From an uncultured Gammaproteobacteria bacterium (lineage in GTDB: Bacteria; Pseudomonadota; Gammaproteobacteria; GCA-002705445; GCA-002716945): 64,000 nucleotides of DNA. Within the stretch, counting starts at the first letter, position 1. Every line of letters starts with the position of its first letter. Shown in pieces: positions 1 through 10,614 of the stretch. The translations under genes and the position numbers were made by a program. The stretch is taken from assembly GCA_902521725.1 (NCBI GenBank), contig CABYTF010000005.1, positions 118 through 64,117 of the forward strand, written 5' to 3'. The notes beneath the pieces were generated by a model. The model saw nothing but the letters and a program-made list of their open reading frames with translations. It was not told the DNA's origin and did not search any database.

Positions 1-1
1 T

Positions 2-343
2 CCATCAGATTACAAGCAAATACTTACAGATATTAATAATTTTGATTTAAATAAATTACATAATGTTATATTGATTGATGAAAAGTATTTTGATGAAAAA
101 ATGAGTGCTCAACTTATTGATAAGTCATTAAGTGCTCTAACTGGGGATGGGTTTATTATTCTAGTTAATAGACATATAGATAATGATTATAAATCTAAGC
201 ATCACTCTCATACTGTCGGCACCCAGTTAAAAGAAGGATACGACATACCTCACTATTCGGATCTCATCTTCAAAGAACTCCAAGAAGAAAACGAAAATAG
301 AACGACTGCAGTTCAAGTAATTCACAAAAAAGATAATGTATGA
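2..343 (+). CDS. C-terminal part of a protein starting before the window; hypothetical, possibly a methyltransferase-like fold
   Basis: Frame open from nt 2 (PSDYKQILTD...) to the stop at 343. 'LSALTGDGFIILV' loosely resembles a class I SAM-MTase strand motif. Function is a weak guess. Confidence 0.5.
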   Translation, partial: PSDYKQILTDINNFDLNKLHNVILIDEKYFDEKMSAQLIDKSLSALTGDGFIILVNRHIDNDYKSKHHSHTVGTQLKEGYDIPHYSDLIFKELQEENENRTTAVQVIHKKDNV

Positions 344-1667
344 CATTTTAAATTATGTTAGTGGTTTTATTTGGGGTCCTTTTACGCTGATTTTGATTCT
401 TGGAACAGGTATATTTTTAAGTCTTGGTCTAAAAGGTTTTACTCTCACTTATATAGCTGTTGCTTTCAAACAATTATTTTCAAAAGAGGAAGATTCATCA
501 AGTGGGGAAATCTCCTCATTTCAATCACTCACAACCGCACTTTCTGCAACAGTTGGAACAGGTAATATTGCAGGCGTGGCAACAGCAATATTCGTCGGTG
601 GACCAGGTGCAATTTTTTGGATGTGGGTTTCTGCAGTATTTGGAATGGCTACAAAATTTGCTGAGGCATTTCTTGCGATTAAGTATAGAGAGAAAAATGA
701 ACTTGGTGAGACTATCGGTGGACCAATGTATTACATCAAGAATGGCCTGACTTCTAAATTTATGGTTTTTGCTTACCTCTTTGCTACAGCAGGTATGATT
801 GCGGCACTAGGAATTGGCAACGGTGTTCAAGTTAATTCTGTATCACAAGTAATCAATAATGAATTTGGTTTTTCAACGTTTTCAATTGGAATTGTTATCG
901 CTATATTAGTAGCACTTGTAATTCTTGGTGGAATTAAATCAATTGGAAACATCACATCGAAGTTAGTACCTGTAATGTCTCTTGTCTATATTCTTGGTGG
1001 CTTGCTGATTATTATTTTAAATGCAAATCAGGTTGGATATGTATTTAATTTAATCGTAACATCGGCATTTACTACAACTGCTGCTACTGGTGGTTTTGCT
1101 GGCGCTACAGTTTGGATGGCTTTGAGATATGGTGTGGCACGTGGCGTCTTTTCAAATGAAGCAGGACTCGGCAGTTCTCCGATAGCTCATGCAGCAGCGA
1201 AAACAAATAATCCTGTCAAACAAGGGATGATATCAATGCTAGAACCACTGATTGACACACTCATCGTTTGCACAATAACTGCTTTTGTAATCCTGATGAG
1301 TAATCAGTGGGTTGGTGAGATTAATGGCGCGGTGTTGACAGTCGCATCTTTTGAAAACCTACTGACCAATGGTAAATATATTGTAATTTTTGGTTTAATA
1401 CTGTTTTCCTTCAGCACAATAATCGGATGGAGTTATTATGGAGAGAAATGTGTTGAATTTTTGTTTGGATCAGGGGTTATTATTTATTATAGAATATTAT
1501 GGATTGTCATTATTCCGGTGGCAGCATCTATAGAGTTAAATCTAATGTGGTTGATTGCAGACATCATGAATGGGTTAATGTCTATTCCAAATTTGATTGC
1601 ATTGATTCTTTTAGCGCCTGTAATTTTCAGACAGACAAGTGAATCGATAGGAAGTTTCAAGGCCTAA
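336..1667 (+). CDS. Alanine/glycine:cation symporter (AGCS family)
   Basis: Family motifs ATVGTGNIAGVA, GGPGAIFWMW, GGPMYYI, RGVFSNEAGLGS; multiple TM helices. Confidence 0.93.
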   Translation: MYDILNYVSGFIWGPFTLILILGTGIFLSLGLKGFTLTYIAVAFKQLFSKEEDSSSGEISSFQSLTTALSATVGTGNIAGVATAIFVGGPGAIFWMWVSAVFGMATKFAEAFLAIKYREKNELGETIGGPMYYIKNGLTSKFMVFAYLFATAGMIAALGIGNGVQVNSVSQVINNEFGFSTFSIGIVIAILVALVILGGIKSIGNITSKLVPVMSLVYILGGLLIIILNANQVGYVFNLIVTSAFTTTAATGGFAGATVWMALRYGVARGVFSNEAGLGSSPIAHAAAKTNNPVKQGMISMLEPLIDTLIVCTITAFVILMSNQWVGEINGAVLTVASFENLLTNGKYIVIFGLILFSFSTIIGWSYYGEKCVEFLFGSGVIIYYRILWIVIIPVAASIELNLMWLIADIMNGLMSIPNLIALILLAPVIFRQTSESIGSFKA

Positions 1668-2474
1668 ATGGATAGACAGCAACACATAAAATTAGCTTTA
1701 ACTGAAGATCAATATAAAAAAGATATTACGACAAAGATTGTGCAGCTGGATAAGAAGTGCAAAGCCATAATCAAAGCAAAAGAATCATTTCATATATATG
1801 GTTTAAAATGGTTTTCGGATGTATTCAAATCCGTTAATAGATCTACAAAAATAAAACTTAAAGTTAAAGACGGAGATCTTGTAAGAAAAAATAAGATAAT
1901 TGGTGAAATATATGGAGCGAATCATGCTCTCTTAAACTCTGAGAGGGTAGCGCTCAATTACCTTCAAACTATGTCTGGCACCTATGATAAATGTATAAGG
2001 TTTAGAAAGAAAATCTCTAATAAAAAAATACAATTACTTCACACAAGAAAAACTATACCTTTGTACCGACTTCCTTTATCAGAAGCTTGTAATGCTGCAG
2101 GCTGTGCTCCTCACCGATATGATTTGTCATCGTCTATATTAATAAAAGAAAATCATTTGAAGTTGGCTTCAAAACCACTCGATTTAGTCACAAAAGCGAT
2201 CAATAAAAATAAAATTGTTGTAGTTGAAGCAAAAACACTTAAGTTCGCAAAAACGGTCTCAAATTTGAAAATCTCGAGAATTTTATTAGATAATTTTACT
2301 CCCGCTATGATAAAGAGTTTTATCTCAAGCAATCCAAAAGTAAAAATTGAAATTTCCGGTTCAATTAATCTAAGTAACATAAATAAATTTGCAATTAAGG
2401 GTGTACATTACATATCTATTGGAAATCTAACGAAAAATATTGAATCAAAAGATTTATCCATGCTTATTGTTTGA
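1668..2474 (+). CDS. nadC: Quinolinate phosphoribosyltransferase (nicotinate-nucleotide pyrophosphorylase), divergent
   Basis: ERVALNYLQTMSG, TRKT, HR..L...ILIKENH, ILLDNF, IEISG, ISIG motifs. Confidence 0.85.
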   Translation: MDRQQHIKLALTEDQYKKDITTKIVQLDKKCKAIIKAKESFHIYGLKWFSDVFKSVNRSTKIKLKVKDGDLVRKNKIIGEIYGANHALLNSERVALNYLQTMSGTYDKCIRFRKKISNKKIQLLHTRKTIPLYRLPLSEACNAAGCAPHRYDLSSSILIKENHLKLASKPLDLVTKAINKNKIVVVEAKTLKFAKTVSNLKISRILLDNFTPAMIKSFISSNPKVKIEISGSINLSNINKFAIKGVHYISIGNLTKNIESKDLSMLIV

Positions 2475-2495
2475 CTGTATGGTAATGTTACAAGC

Positions 2496-2504
2496 TGATA
2501 TAAT
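2496..2504 (+). promoter_or_regulatory. Extended -10 promoter (TGnTATAAT) of nhaA, probably leaderless
   Basis: TGATATAAT lies 7 nt before the ATG; no SD. Confidence 0.55.
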
Positions 2505-2511
2505 AAACTAA

Positions 2512-3690
2512 ATGGATAATTCCTTTAATATTACACAAGCAATTAAGAACTTTTTTTCTAGAGAAGAAAAATCAGGAATACTTCTTCTCCTCTTTGCGAC
2601 ACTTGCACTTATAACTGTTAATAGCCCATTACAATCGCTCTACTATGATGTTAAATACACTGATATCCCAATAAACCTTGGTGATTTCAACTTTACCAAA
2701 TCGGTTTCTCATTGGGTAAATGATGGTCTGATGGCAATTTTTTTCTTTGTTATTGGTCTAGAGCTTAAAAGAGAAATACTCGAGGGTGAATTATCAAGTT
2801 TTGATCGAATGGTTCTACCGGCCATTGCCGCTATCGGTGGAATGGCAGCTCCGGCATTAATATATATTCTAATTAATATCAATAACCCAGAGAACATGTC
2901 TGGATGGGCCATACCAACTGCAACTGATATAGCATTTTCATTAGCTGTCTTATTAATTATTGGAAAGAGTGTTCCACTTAGTCTGAAAGTTTTCCTCTTG
3001 TCTTTAGCTATTATTGATGATTTAGGTGCAGTGCTAATAATTGCTTTTTTCTATACAGCTGAGATAAGTAGTGTTTATTTATTATATTCATTGATAGTTT
3101 TTGGACTATTAGTAGTTGTAAATCTATCAGGCAATCAGAAGATGTATATCTATATGGTACTGGGAATATTTTTATGGTACTTCGTTTTGAAATCAGGAGT
3201 CCATGCTACCATTGCCGGAGTTCTACTAGCCACTACTATCCCAAACAATGTCGAAAACAATGTTGACCACTCTATGCTAAAACACCTCGAACATAAACTA
3301 CACAATTTTGTTGGTATTTTGGTCTTGCCTGTATTCGCTTTTTTTAACAGTGATATTAATTTTTCTGATGTGACTATGAGTAGTGTTTACAGTCCTCTTT
3401 CAATGGGAGTAATTTTGGGATTATTACTAGGTAAACCAATAGGAATCACTCTATTCACTTACGTAGGCATGAAAACTAAACTATTTAGCTTGCCTGAGAA
3501 TGTAACGCTCAAAGATGTTTTTGGTCTATCACTATTATGTGGAATTGGATTTACTATGAGCTTATTTATAAATGGTCTCGCATTCACTGAAACATACTTG
3601 ATTGATAGTAGCAAACTCGGAATCTTCATAGGATCTATCGTATCTGCTGTTGCAGGTTATTTGATCCTTAAATCTAAATATAGTGGATAG
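2512..3690 (+). CDS. nhaA: Na+/H+ antiporter NhaA
   Basis: WVNDGLMAIFFF, GLELKRE, GWAIPTATDIAF, LAIIDDLGA, LCGIGFTMSLFI. Confidence 0.96.
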   Translation: MDNSFNITQAIKNFFSREEKSGILLLLFATLALITVNSPLQSLYYDVKYTDIPINLGDFNFTKSVSHWVNDGLMAIFFFVIGLELKREILEGELSSFDRMVLPAIAAIGGMAAPALIYILININNPENMSGWAIPTATDIAFSLAVLLIIGKSVPLSLKVFLLSLAIIDDLGAVLIIAFFYTAEISSVYLLYSLIVFGLLVVVNLSGNQKMYIYMVLGIFLWYFVLKSGVHATIAGVLLATTIPNNVENNVDHSMLKHLEHKLHNFVGILVLPVFAFFNSDINFSDVTMSSVYSPLSMGVILGLLLGKPIGITLFTYVGMKTKLFSLPENVTLKDVFGLSLLCGIGFTMSLFINGLAFTETYLIDSSKLGIFIGSIVSAVAGYLILKSKYSG

Positions 3691-3693
3691 TAA

Positions 3694-4008
3694 TTAGTCA
3701 GTTGTGCAATCCATTGTAAGAGCTTCTGTGGCTCTTGTTGGAATCACATTCATGATAAAGTTATGAGAATCAAACTTCACTAGCAAGTCAGGTGCAACTA
3801 GTTCTATAGAATCTTTAGTTCTTTTCACAACTGCTAGATTCATGTTATTCAATTTCTCGTTATCTTTTTCCAGATCAAGTATAAAAACTATGCGTTTCTC
3901 ATAGTTATAACATGTCAGTTTATCTGTCATTGTTCTTCCATCAGATGCGTATGTAGTTGATAAAAATAATGGTAGTACAATGGCGGATAATTTTTTTAGG
4001 GAAAGCAT
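3694..4008 (-). CDS. Small exported hypothetical protein
   Basis: ATG at 4008 gives a signal-peptide-like N-terminus MLSLKKLSAIVLPLFLSTTYA; two Cys near the ends of the mature chain. Confidence 0.65.
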   Translation of the reverse strand: MLSLKKLSAIVLPLFLSTTYASDGRTMTDKLTCYNYEKRIVFILDLEKDNEKLNNMNLAVVKRTKDSIELVAPDLLVKFDSHNFIMNVIPTRATEALTMDCTTD

Positions 4009-4053
4009 GTATTTTACTATTGCATGTATTGCGACTTTACACAATTTATTTTG

Positions 4054-5370
4054 CTAGTTTCCACCAATGGTCATGTCTTTTATCAAAACTGATCCGCAGT
4101 TAATCTTTGAATTTCCATAAAAATCGCATCCAATCTCATCGATATTTTTGAACATGTCCAACATATTAGAGGCAATGGTGAAATTAGTTACTGGATGAGA
4201 TATTTTCCCTTTTTCTATGAGATACCCAAAAGCACCTCGTGAATAGTCACCTGTTAGAAGATTAGCTCCAGATCCCATCATCTCAGTGATCAAAACTCCA
4301 CTATCTATTGATTCAATTAGATTATCACTCATTGGCTTTGATGATCTAATCTGTATATTAGAGTAACCGCTGTTTGCAGTGGATTTAAGATTTAATTGTT
4401 TTGCGGAATAGGTGTCTAGTAAATAGGTGTCAAGCACACCATCACTAATAATCTGTTTAGAATATGTTTTTACGCCCTCTGCATCAAAAGGTCTTGTTCC
4501 TAGACCCTCCTCGACTATTGGGATTTCAGAAATATTAATATGATTTGAAAATATTTTTTCACCAAGACGATCAATTAGGAAACTATTTTTTTTATATATA
4601 TTATTTCCATTAATCGCTGATAGAAAAGAAGAAAAAAGTCCTACAGATAATTCAGGAGTCAAAATAACAGGACATTTTTGTGTTGAAATAGACTTTGCGC
4701 CAAGTCTTGAAATGGCTTTTTCAGCACTTAATTCACCTATGATTTTAGCGCTATCAGTTTTCTCGAAATTCCTTCTTGTGGAGTAAGCATAATCTCTCTC
4801 TTTCAAACCGTTGTCCTCAGCGATCACAACACAAGACAGTGTATAACTAGTGGATGAATAAGATCCAACAGCACCATGAGAATTGAGAATTAAATTGTTA
4901 GATTGCGAATAAGCGTACTCTGACCCTTCACTGTTCTTGATTTTATTATCGTAATCTAAAGCTGATTTTTCACATTCAACAGTCATATTTATAAGTTCAT
5001 CAGTCGTGAATTGCTTTGGGAAGTTGATATCACAATCTATATTCAGCTTATTGATTAGATTCTCACATGGTAGTCCTTGGTAATCATCTGGCTCTAAAAA
5101 TGAGGCAATTGTCTCACTTTTTTTGATTGTAGAATCTATGCTCTCTCCCGAAAGGTTGTTTGTACTTGCTATTCCCTTTTTCTTTCCATCAATGCAAGTC
5201 ACTGTCAAAGATTCGTCATTATGATATTGGATATTCTCCAGATCACCGAAGCGAGATGTAACATCAGTGCCACTTGCAGAATTAAAATGGAATTCATACT
5301 CTTTGTTCTTGTCGAGACAATCAATTATATTTTTTAGTCTAAGTGATATGTCTTCGAAATTTTCGGACAT
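4054..5370 (-). CDS. pmbA: Metalloprotease subunit PmbA/TldE
   Basis: PFDAEG, TGDYSRGAFG, ERDY motifs; directly downstream of tldD. Confidence 0.93.
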   Translation of the reverse strand: MSENFEDISLRLKNIIDCLDKNKEYEFHFNSASGTDVTSRFGDLENIQYHNDESLTVTCIDGKKKGIASTNNLSGESIDSTIKKSETIASFLEPDDYQGLPCENLINKLNIDCDINFPKQFTTDELINMTVECEKSALDYDNKIKNSEGSEYAYSQSNNLILNSHGAVGSYSSTSYTLSCVVIAEDNGLKERDYAYSTRRNFEKTDSAKIIGELSAEKAISRLGAKSISTQKCPVILTPELSVGLFSSFLSAINGNNIYKKNSFLIDRLGEKIFSNHINISEIPIVEEGLGTRPFDAEGVKTYSKQIISDGVLDTYLLDTYSAKQLNLKSTANSGYSNIQIRSSKPMSDNLIESIDSGVLITEMMGSGANLLTGDYSRGAFGYLIEKGKISHPVTNFTIASNMLDMFKNIDEIGCDFYGNSKINCGSVLIKDMTIGGN

Positions 5371-5371
5371 A

Positions 5372-6802
5372 CTATACCTCTGTCCCGCCTACAGTAATAT
5401 CATCAATCTTAAGTGTAGGTTGACCTACACCGACAGGTACGCTCTGACCCTCTTTACCACACGTGCCTACTCCATCATCTAATTTCATATCATCTGCTAC
5501 CATTGATACTTTTTTCAAAACATCGGGTCCATTACCTATCAAAGTCATTCCTTTTATTGAGTTGGTGACTTTCCCTGACTCTATTTTATAAGCTTCTGAT
5601 GCGGTGAAAACAAATTGCCCACTGGTGATGTCAACTTGACCTCCTGAAAAATTAACTGCATAAATGCCGTCTTTCACGCTGTCAATAATTTCATCTGAAG
5701 TGGATGATCCGCCTAGCATATAAGTATTTGTCATCCTGGGCATAGGTAAATGAGCATAACTCTCCCTTCTGCCGTTACCTGTTGGCTCCACATTCATCAA
5801 TTTAGCATTCATCAAGTCTTGCATGTATCCTTTCAGAATTCCGTTTTCGATGAGAATATTCTTTGCTGTTGGGGTGCCCTCGTCGTCTACTGACAGAGAT
5901 CCTCTCCTGTTGTCGATAGTTCCATCATCGATTACTGTGCATAACTCAGATGCAACCTGTTTCCCAATTTGGTCCGAGAAGTTAGAAGTTTTTTTTCTAT
6001 TAAAATCACCCTCAAGACCATGACCGACAGCCTCATGAAGAAGTACACCTGGCCAACCAGATCCCAGAACAACTGTTGTATTACCAGCTTTGCAGGGTAT
6101 AGAATCAAGATTCACATTGGCTATTCTGATGGCTTCATCTGCTAACTCGAAAGGCTTATTTGTGCCAAGTATTGTGCTGTAGGAATATCTCCCGCCGCCA
6201 CCTGCACTTCCGCGTTCAACACGATCGTTTGATTTCAAGATTACCATAACATTAAATCGAACTAATGGTCTGTCATCAAAGCAATATTTTCCAAGAGAAT
6301 TAGCAACAAATATTGAATCGTGACTAGAGCTAAGGTTTATAATGACCTGTTGAACTCTTTTATCTTTTTTCTTGATGTAATTGTCGACTTCTCGTAAGAA
6401 ATCAACTTTTTCTTTATCGCTAATTGATGTGATTGGCGATTCAGAGATATAGAGTTTTTTAAAGTCATTATATTCTTTGAGATTAATTTTTTTGTCCTCA
6501 TTCGATTTTACAATTGATTTGGATAATTTTGCTGCTTCGATAATTTTTTCAAAGTCAAAATTATTGCCATATGAGAAACCCGTTTTTTCATTACTTACAG
6601 CTCTAATACCGTATCCGCTGTCAATCTGTTGTGAACCATTTTTAACAATACCGTCCTCACAGGTCCAACTTTCAACTGTAGTATATTGGATATAAAGATC
6701 TGATAGATCTATAGATGACCCTGATGCCTCAGAAACTATAGCTTCAATTTGATCAGAACCAAGTTTGTTTTCAGGAAAAATGTAGTCTTTGACAATATTC
6801 AT
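5372..6802 (-). CDS. tldD: Metalloprotease TldD
   Basis: GWPGVLLHEAVGHGLEGDFNRK, PRMTNTYM, CGKEGQSVPVGVGQPT. Confidence 0.97.
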   Translation of the reverse strand: MNIVKDYIFPENKLGSDQIEAIVSEASGSSIDLSDLYIQYTTVESWTCEDGIVKNGSQQIDSGYGIRAVSNEKTGFSYGNNFDFEKIIEAAKLSKSIVKSNEDKKINLKEYNDFKKLYISESPITSISDKEKVDFLREVDNYIKKKDKRVQQVIINLSSSHDSIFVANSLGKYCFDDRPLVRFNVMVILKSNDRVERGSAGGGGRYSYSTILGTNKPFELADEAIRIANVNLDSIPCKAGNTTVVLGSGWPGVLLHEAVGHGLEGDFNRKKTSNFSDQIGKQVASELCTVIDDGTIDNRRGSLSVDDEGTPTAKNILIENGILKGYMQDLMNAKLMNVEPTGNGRRESYAHLPMPRMTNTYMLGGSSTSDEIIDSVKDGIYAVNFSGGQVDITSGQFVFTASEAYKIESGKVTNSIKGMTLIGNGPDVLKKVSMVADDMKLDDGVGTCGKEGQSVPVGVGQPTLKIDDITVGGTEV

Positions 6803-7620
6803 TATTTTTTCATCAATTTCATATGATCTAATACAGGGAAGTTTTCTCTGATGGATTTTAATTGTGCTAAATCAATTTCACTTGATACAAAACCCTTTCC
6901 CTTCTCCAGCGTTTCAAGTGTTTTACCCCAGGGACTTACAATCATCGTATGTCCATAGGTTTTCTTACCGTTAATATGATAACCTCCCTGACATGAGGTT
7001 ACAACATATGATAAGTTTTCAATTGCACGAGCTTTAATCAGTGTCTCCCAATGTACTTTTCCTGTTTGTTCTGTAAATGATGCGGGAAGAATTATTATTT
7101 CGATCTTTTTTTCATGTTGTAGCCTGAATAATTCGGGGAAACGGAGGTCATAACAACACGCTATCCCGGCACGACCAATAGGTGTATCGATAACTTCTAT
7201 AAAATCACCTGGCATAAAATATTTAGATTCATTGTAAGATTCCTGAGATTTAGGAAGTGTCACATCAAAAAGATGAATTTTGTTATAAAGAGAAACCCTT
7301 TCCCCTTTATGGTTGTAAGTTATCGTACTTGCCATTACTCTATCTTTATCTTCAGATTTAATCGGTATAGTACCAGCAACTATCCAGATTTTGTGAGCAC
7401 TAGCTAATTTAGATATGTTATTTTGTATTGGACCATCATCAAGTTTTTCAGAATTCTTAATATAATCATTATCATTTTCTGGCATAAGCGCGAAATTCTC
7501 CGGAAGAACAACGAGTTTAGAATCAGTGTCAGAAATTTGCTCAACATAAGTCTTAACATCATATAAATTCACTTTGATGTTAGGACCAGAATTCAACTGT
7601 ATTGCCGATACTTTAGACAT
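6802..7620 (-). CDS. Carbon-nitrogen hydrolase (Nit1/deaminated glutathione amidase-like)
   Basis: LPEN, YNKIHLFDV, CYDLRFPE (E-K-C triad), ARAIEN; usual position between yhdP and tldD. Confidence 0.9.
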   Translation of the reverse strand: MSKVSAIQLNSGPNIKVNLYDVKTYVEQISDTDSKLVVLPENFALMPENDNDYIKNSEKLDDGPIQNNISKLASAHKIWIVAGTIPIKSEDKDRVMASTITYNHKGERVSLYNKIHLFDVTLPKSQESYNESKYFMPGDFIEVIDTPIGRAGIACCYDLRFPELFRLQHEKKIEIIILPASFTEQTGKVHWETLIKARAIENLSYVVTSCQGGYHINGKKTYGHTMIVSPWGKTLETLEKGKGFVSSEIDLAQLKSIRENFPVLDHMKLMKK

Positions 7621-7634
7621 TTGTTAAGAATATA

Positions 7635-10613
7635 TTAATTGAGGATAGGTTTAAATGACTGGGTAACTCTTATTTTAGGATTTTTCCATGGACCTTTTAT
7701 CGAATACTCTATTCCTGCAAGTTTATTGGTATCAAGACCAAACTCTTTAAGAAGCTTGTCATAAAAAATTGATGCAGCCGCACCAATGGGTCCTCCCAAA
7801 ACAGCTCCAGTAACTAGGCTCGTGGATGATAAATCAGGTATAAATAATAATGTTTGATCATGGGTCTCATTGACTAAATCTGATCTTCCGGAGAGTCTCA
7901 TTTCGCCAAAACTACCTAGAATAGTCATTTTTTTTGTATCCGCAACTCCATTACCTAAACTCACATCTGATTTTAAATTATCAAATCTTAACCCTTTAGA
8001 AAAAAAGTCTGAAAAATCTAGAGAAAGTCTCTTAGGAATTGATGAAATACTGAATAAACCTAAAACTTGTCCGATAGCTTGTGTCCCTTTATCTAACTCG
8101 TTAATTTGACCATTCTTTATAGTGAAATTGAGATCACCCTTTGCGTTTGAAAAAGAAAAATCTTCTAGTGATCCCAGCCACTCGGCATCTAATTTAGCGT
8201 CCAAGTTGCCTCCCTTTAGAGCGCCTGGATACCCAAGTCCTGCAAGGGCTTGACCAAGGTTATTACTTTTTATGTTAGCAAGAATCTGTGTCTTTTCATT
8301 TTTATTTGTAAACCACTTTCCCGAGGATTCCATCTCTAGATGCAAGTTATTAAAGCTCAGTTTATCAATTGAAATATAATCATCTTTAGGCGAAAGAATA
8401 ATATGCACGTCGTCAAGCACAGCTCTCGATGTTTTTACATGTTTAGACTTAATATCGATCTGAGGGATTGATTCTCCAATGCCATCACTCCTAAGAAAAC
8501 GTGTATCAATCAACTCAAATGATCCTGTAGTAGCAATAGTAGATTCTATGTCATGAGGTATTTTTAAAAATCCCCTTGCGATGGGTGATGATATGCTTGT
8601 ATAAATGAAACCCTTATCATTTTTAAATTTAAACTCGTGTTCCTCCAAATTTATGGACATAGGATATGGCACTGAAGGATAATACTGATATCTAAAACTA
8701 AAGTTTTTTCTATCATCGCTATTTTTATTAAACGGCTTAATAAAATTCAGTGTCACACCACTTAGATCACTGGTGACATATGATGAAGTCTTATTCTGAG
8801 AATAATCATAGGTTACAACTGACCTAATTTTCGTCTTTCCTTGAATTAATTTCCCCGTATCAAAGTAAGCGCTTAGCACATCCATATCAAAAAAACCGGT
8901 TGATGACAGAGTATACTTCTGAGATATGCTATTTGATCTTGTCATAATTCTTGATTTAAAGTTCATGTCATTAACTGAAAGGTCAAAATTATTAGAACTT
9001 ATCAAAGCAGAAGATGAATATAATTTCATTTTAGGAAATGAAAAATAGATAGTATCGGACTTATTTATATATACATCCTCTATAAGAGATTCAGTGAAAA
9101 TAACTCCTCCATGATAATAAACTTTCATGCTTCCTTTTCCGTCGTAATCTATGTTGTTTGTTAGATGTATATCTAATGGAAATATGAGCTTACGGAGATT
9201 ATTAGATATTTTAAGCTTTATAGATGGAAATTTTGATGTTTTATATCCAGAAAATGACAAATTATAATTTTGATTATTTACAAAATTAGAACTACTAAAG
9301 TATATTGATTTTCCTTTTGAAATATACGATATTTTACCGGCAACGTTGCTCAACAAATTCCTATTTTTCTGATTAATTGACAAATTATCGATATTGATTA
9401 GACCGGTGAGTAATGTTCCATATAACCTGGCATTAATATTTTTTAAGGAGTATTCATCATCAATATTTATTGAGGTATTTACAAGAGATAAACTAAAATA
9501 ATCTAGATTGCCTCGATTATTCAGATGTACTTGGATATTTTCTATATTGCTTGAGGAAAGTTGAGCTAATGCATCAGACTTTTTGATACCAAATACTGGA
9601 AGGAATTCTTTGACTATCTTATTGCCATTTTCCTTAATGAATATTTTCATATTTCTTTTGTTATCTTTACTAACGACAATTTTATTGTTAGTGATATTTG
9701 TATCATTTATAACATAGTTCATTCTCATCAGGCTCAATGTTTCAGATTCTTTCTCTTTAACGAATAAAATATCACTATTAATATTTTCTACAGTATAAAT
9801 TGACTTTCCGATGTTCATACTAAGTCGATCAGTTGAAATATTGCCCGATGCCCTGATGACATTAGTATCACGAAGATTAAGCCATACTCTAAGAGACATC
9901 TGATTGGATTTAAAATTTTGCATTGGATTGGGTAGTAGAGAATATGGAATCTTTATTGAGTTGCCGCTAACAAATATTTTGCTTTCAATTTTATCATCCT
10001 TGAGTTCGCCTCGATAAACTAAAGTAATAGGATTAGGGCTAGCTTGGTGGATGAAGTTTGAGTGAATTTTGATAATATTATTTCGATAGCTAGCAAAAAG
10101 ATTCTTAGCTTTAAACAATAAAGTTTGATTACTACTCATATCCGTTAATTTTATTTTGGAATTATTTAAAACTATTTTGGGGATATTAGCTTTGATGACC
10201 GAGTTTGATTCATCTGTAAGATTCTTCTTATTAAGAAATATTTTATTTTTACCATATCGCAGATCTAAGTTTGTGTTGTCGATGACAATTTTATCAATTG
10301 ATATATTCTGATTTTGAAGACTATCAAAAGTATCAATGTGTATCTGACTATTAGGTACTTCTAAAAATATTCTATCTTGCTCGTCGCTCATATATATGTT
10401 TTTCATTTGAACTACTGGCTCAAAACCAACCCATTTGATATTTAATGATTTAATACTTACATCGACATTAAATGATTTTTTTATTTCACTCTGAATAAAG
10501 AGTGTAATCTTTGATTTCAGATTTTCTGAATTCTCTGAATAGACTATAATTGCAGATAAGAAAGTAAGGAAGATGATTATTATATTAATAAATACTTTTA
10601 TTGCTCTAGGCAT
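7635..10613 (-). CDS. yhdP: YhdP / AsmA-like phospholipid transport protein
   Basis: N-terminal TM anchor, beta-rich body, C-terminal RLSLDFSDFF and YSIKGPWKNP; synteny with nitrilase-tldD. Confidence 0.85.
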   Translation of the reverse strand: MPRAIKVFINIIIIFLTFLSAIIVYSENSENLKSKITLFIQSEIKKSFNVDVSIKSLNIKWVGFEPVVQMKNIYMSDEQDRIFLEVPNSQIHIDTFDSLQNQNISIDKIVIDNTNLDLRYGKNKIFLNKKNLTDESNSVIKANIPKIVLNNSKIKLTDMSSNQTLLFKAKNLFASYRNNIIKIHSNFIHQASPNPITLVYRGELKDDKIESKIFVSGNSIKIPYSLLPNPMQNFKSNQMSLRVWLNLRDTNVIRASGNISTDRLSMNIGKSIYTVENINSDILFVKEKESETLSLMRMNYVINDTNITNNKIVVSKDNKRNMKIFIKENGNKIVKEFLPVFGIKKSDALAQLSSSNIENIQVHLNNRGNLDYFSLSLVNTSINIDDEYSLKNINARLYGTLLTGLINIDNLSINQKNRNLLSNVAGKISYISKGKSIYFSSSNFVNNQNYNLSFSGYKTSKFPSIKLKISNNLRKLIFPLDIHLTNNIDYDGKGSMKVYYHGGVIFTESLIEDVYINKSDTIYFSFPKMKLYSSSALISSNNFDLSVNDMNFKSRIMTRSNSISQKYTLSSTGFFDMDVLSAYFDTGKLIQGKTKIRSVVTYDYSQNKTSSYVTSDLSGVTLNFIKPFNKNSDDRKNFSFRYQYYPSVPYPMSINLEEHEFKFKNDKGFIYTSISSPIARGFLKIPHDIESTIATTGSFELIDTRFLRSDGIGESIPQIDIKSKHVKTSRAVLDDVHIILSPKDDYISIDKLSFNNLHLEMESSGKWFTNKNEKTQILANIKSNNLGQALAGLGYPGALKGGNLDAKLDAEWLGSLEDFSFSNAKGDLNFTIKNGQINELDKGTQAIGQVLGLFSISSIPKRLSLDFSDFFSKGLRFDNLKSDVSLGNGVADTKKMTILGSFGEMRLSGRSDLVNETHDQTLLFIPDLSSTSLVTGAVLGGPIGAAASIFYDKLLKEFGLDTNKLAGIEYSIKGPWKNPKIRVTQSFKPILN

Positions 10614-10614
10614 A

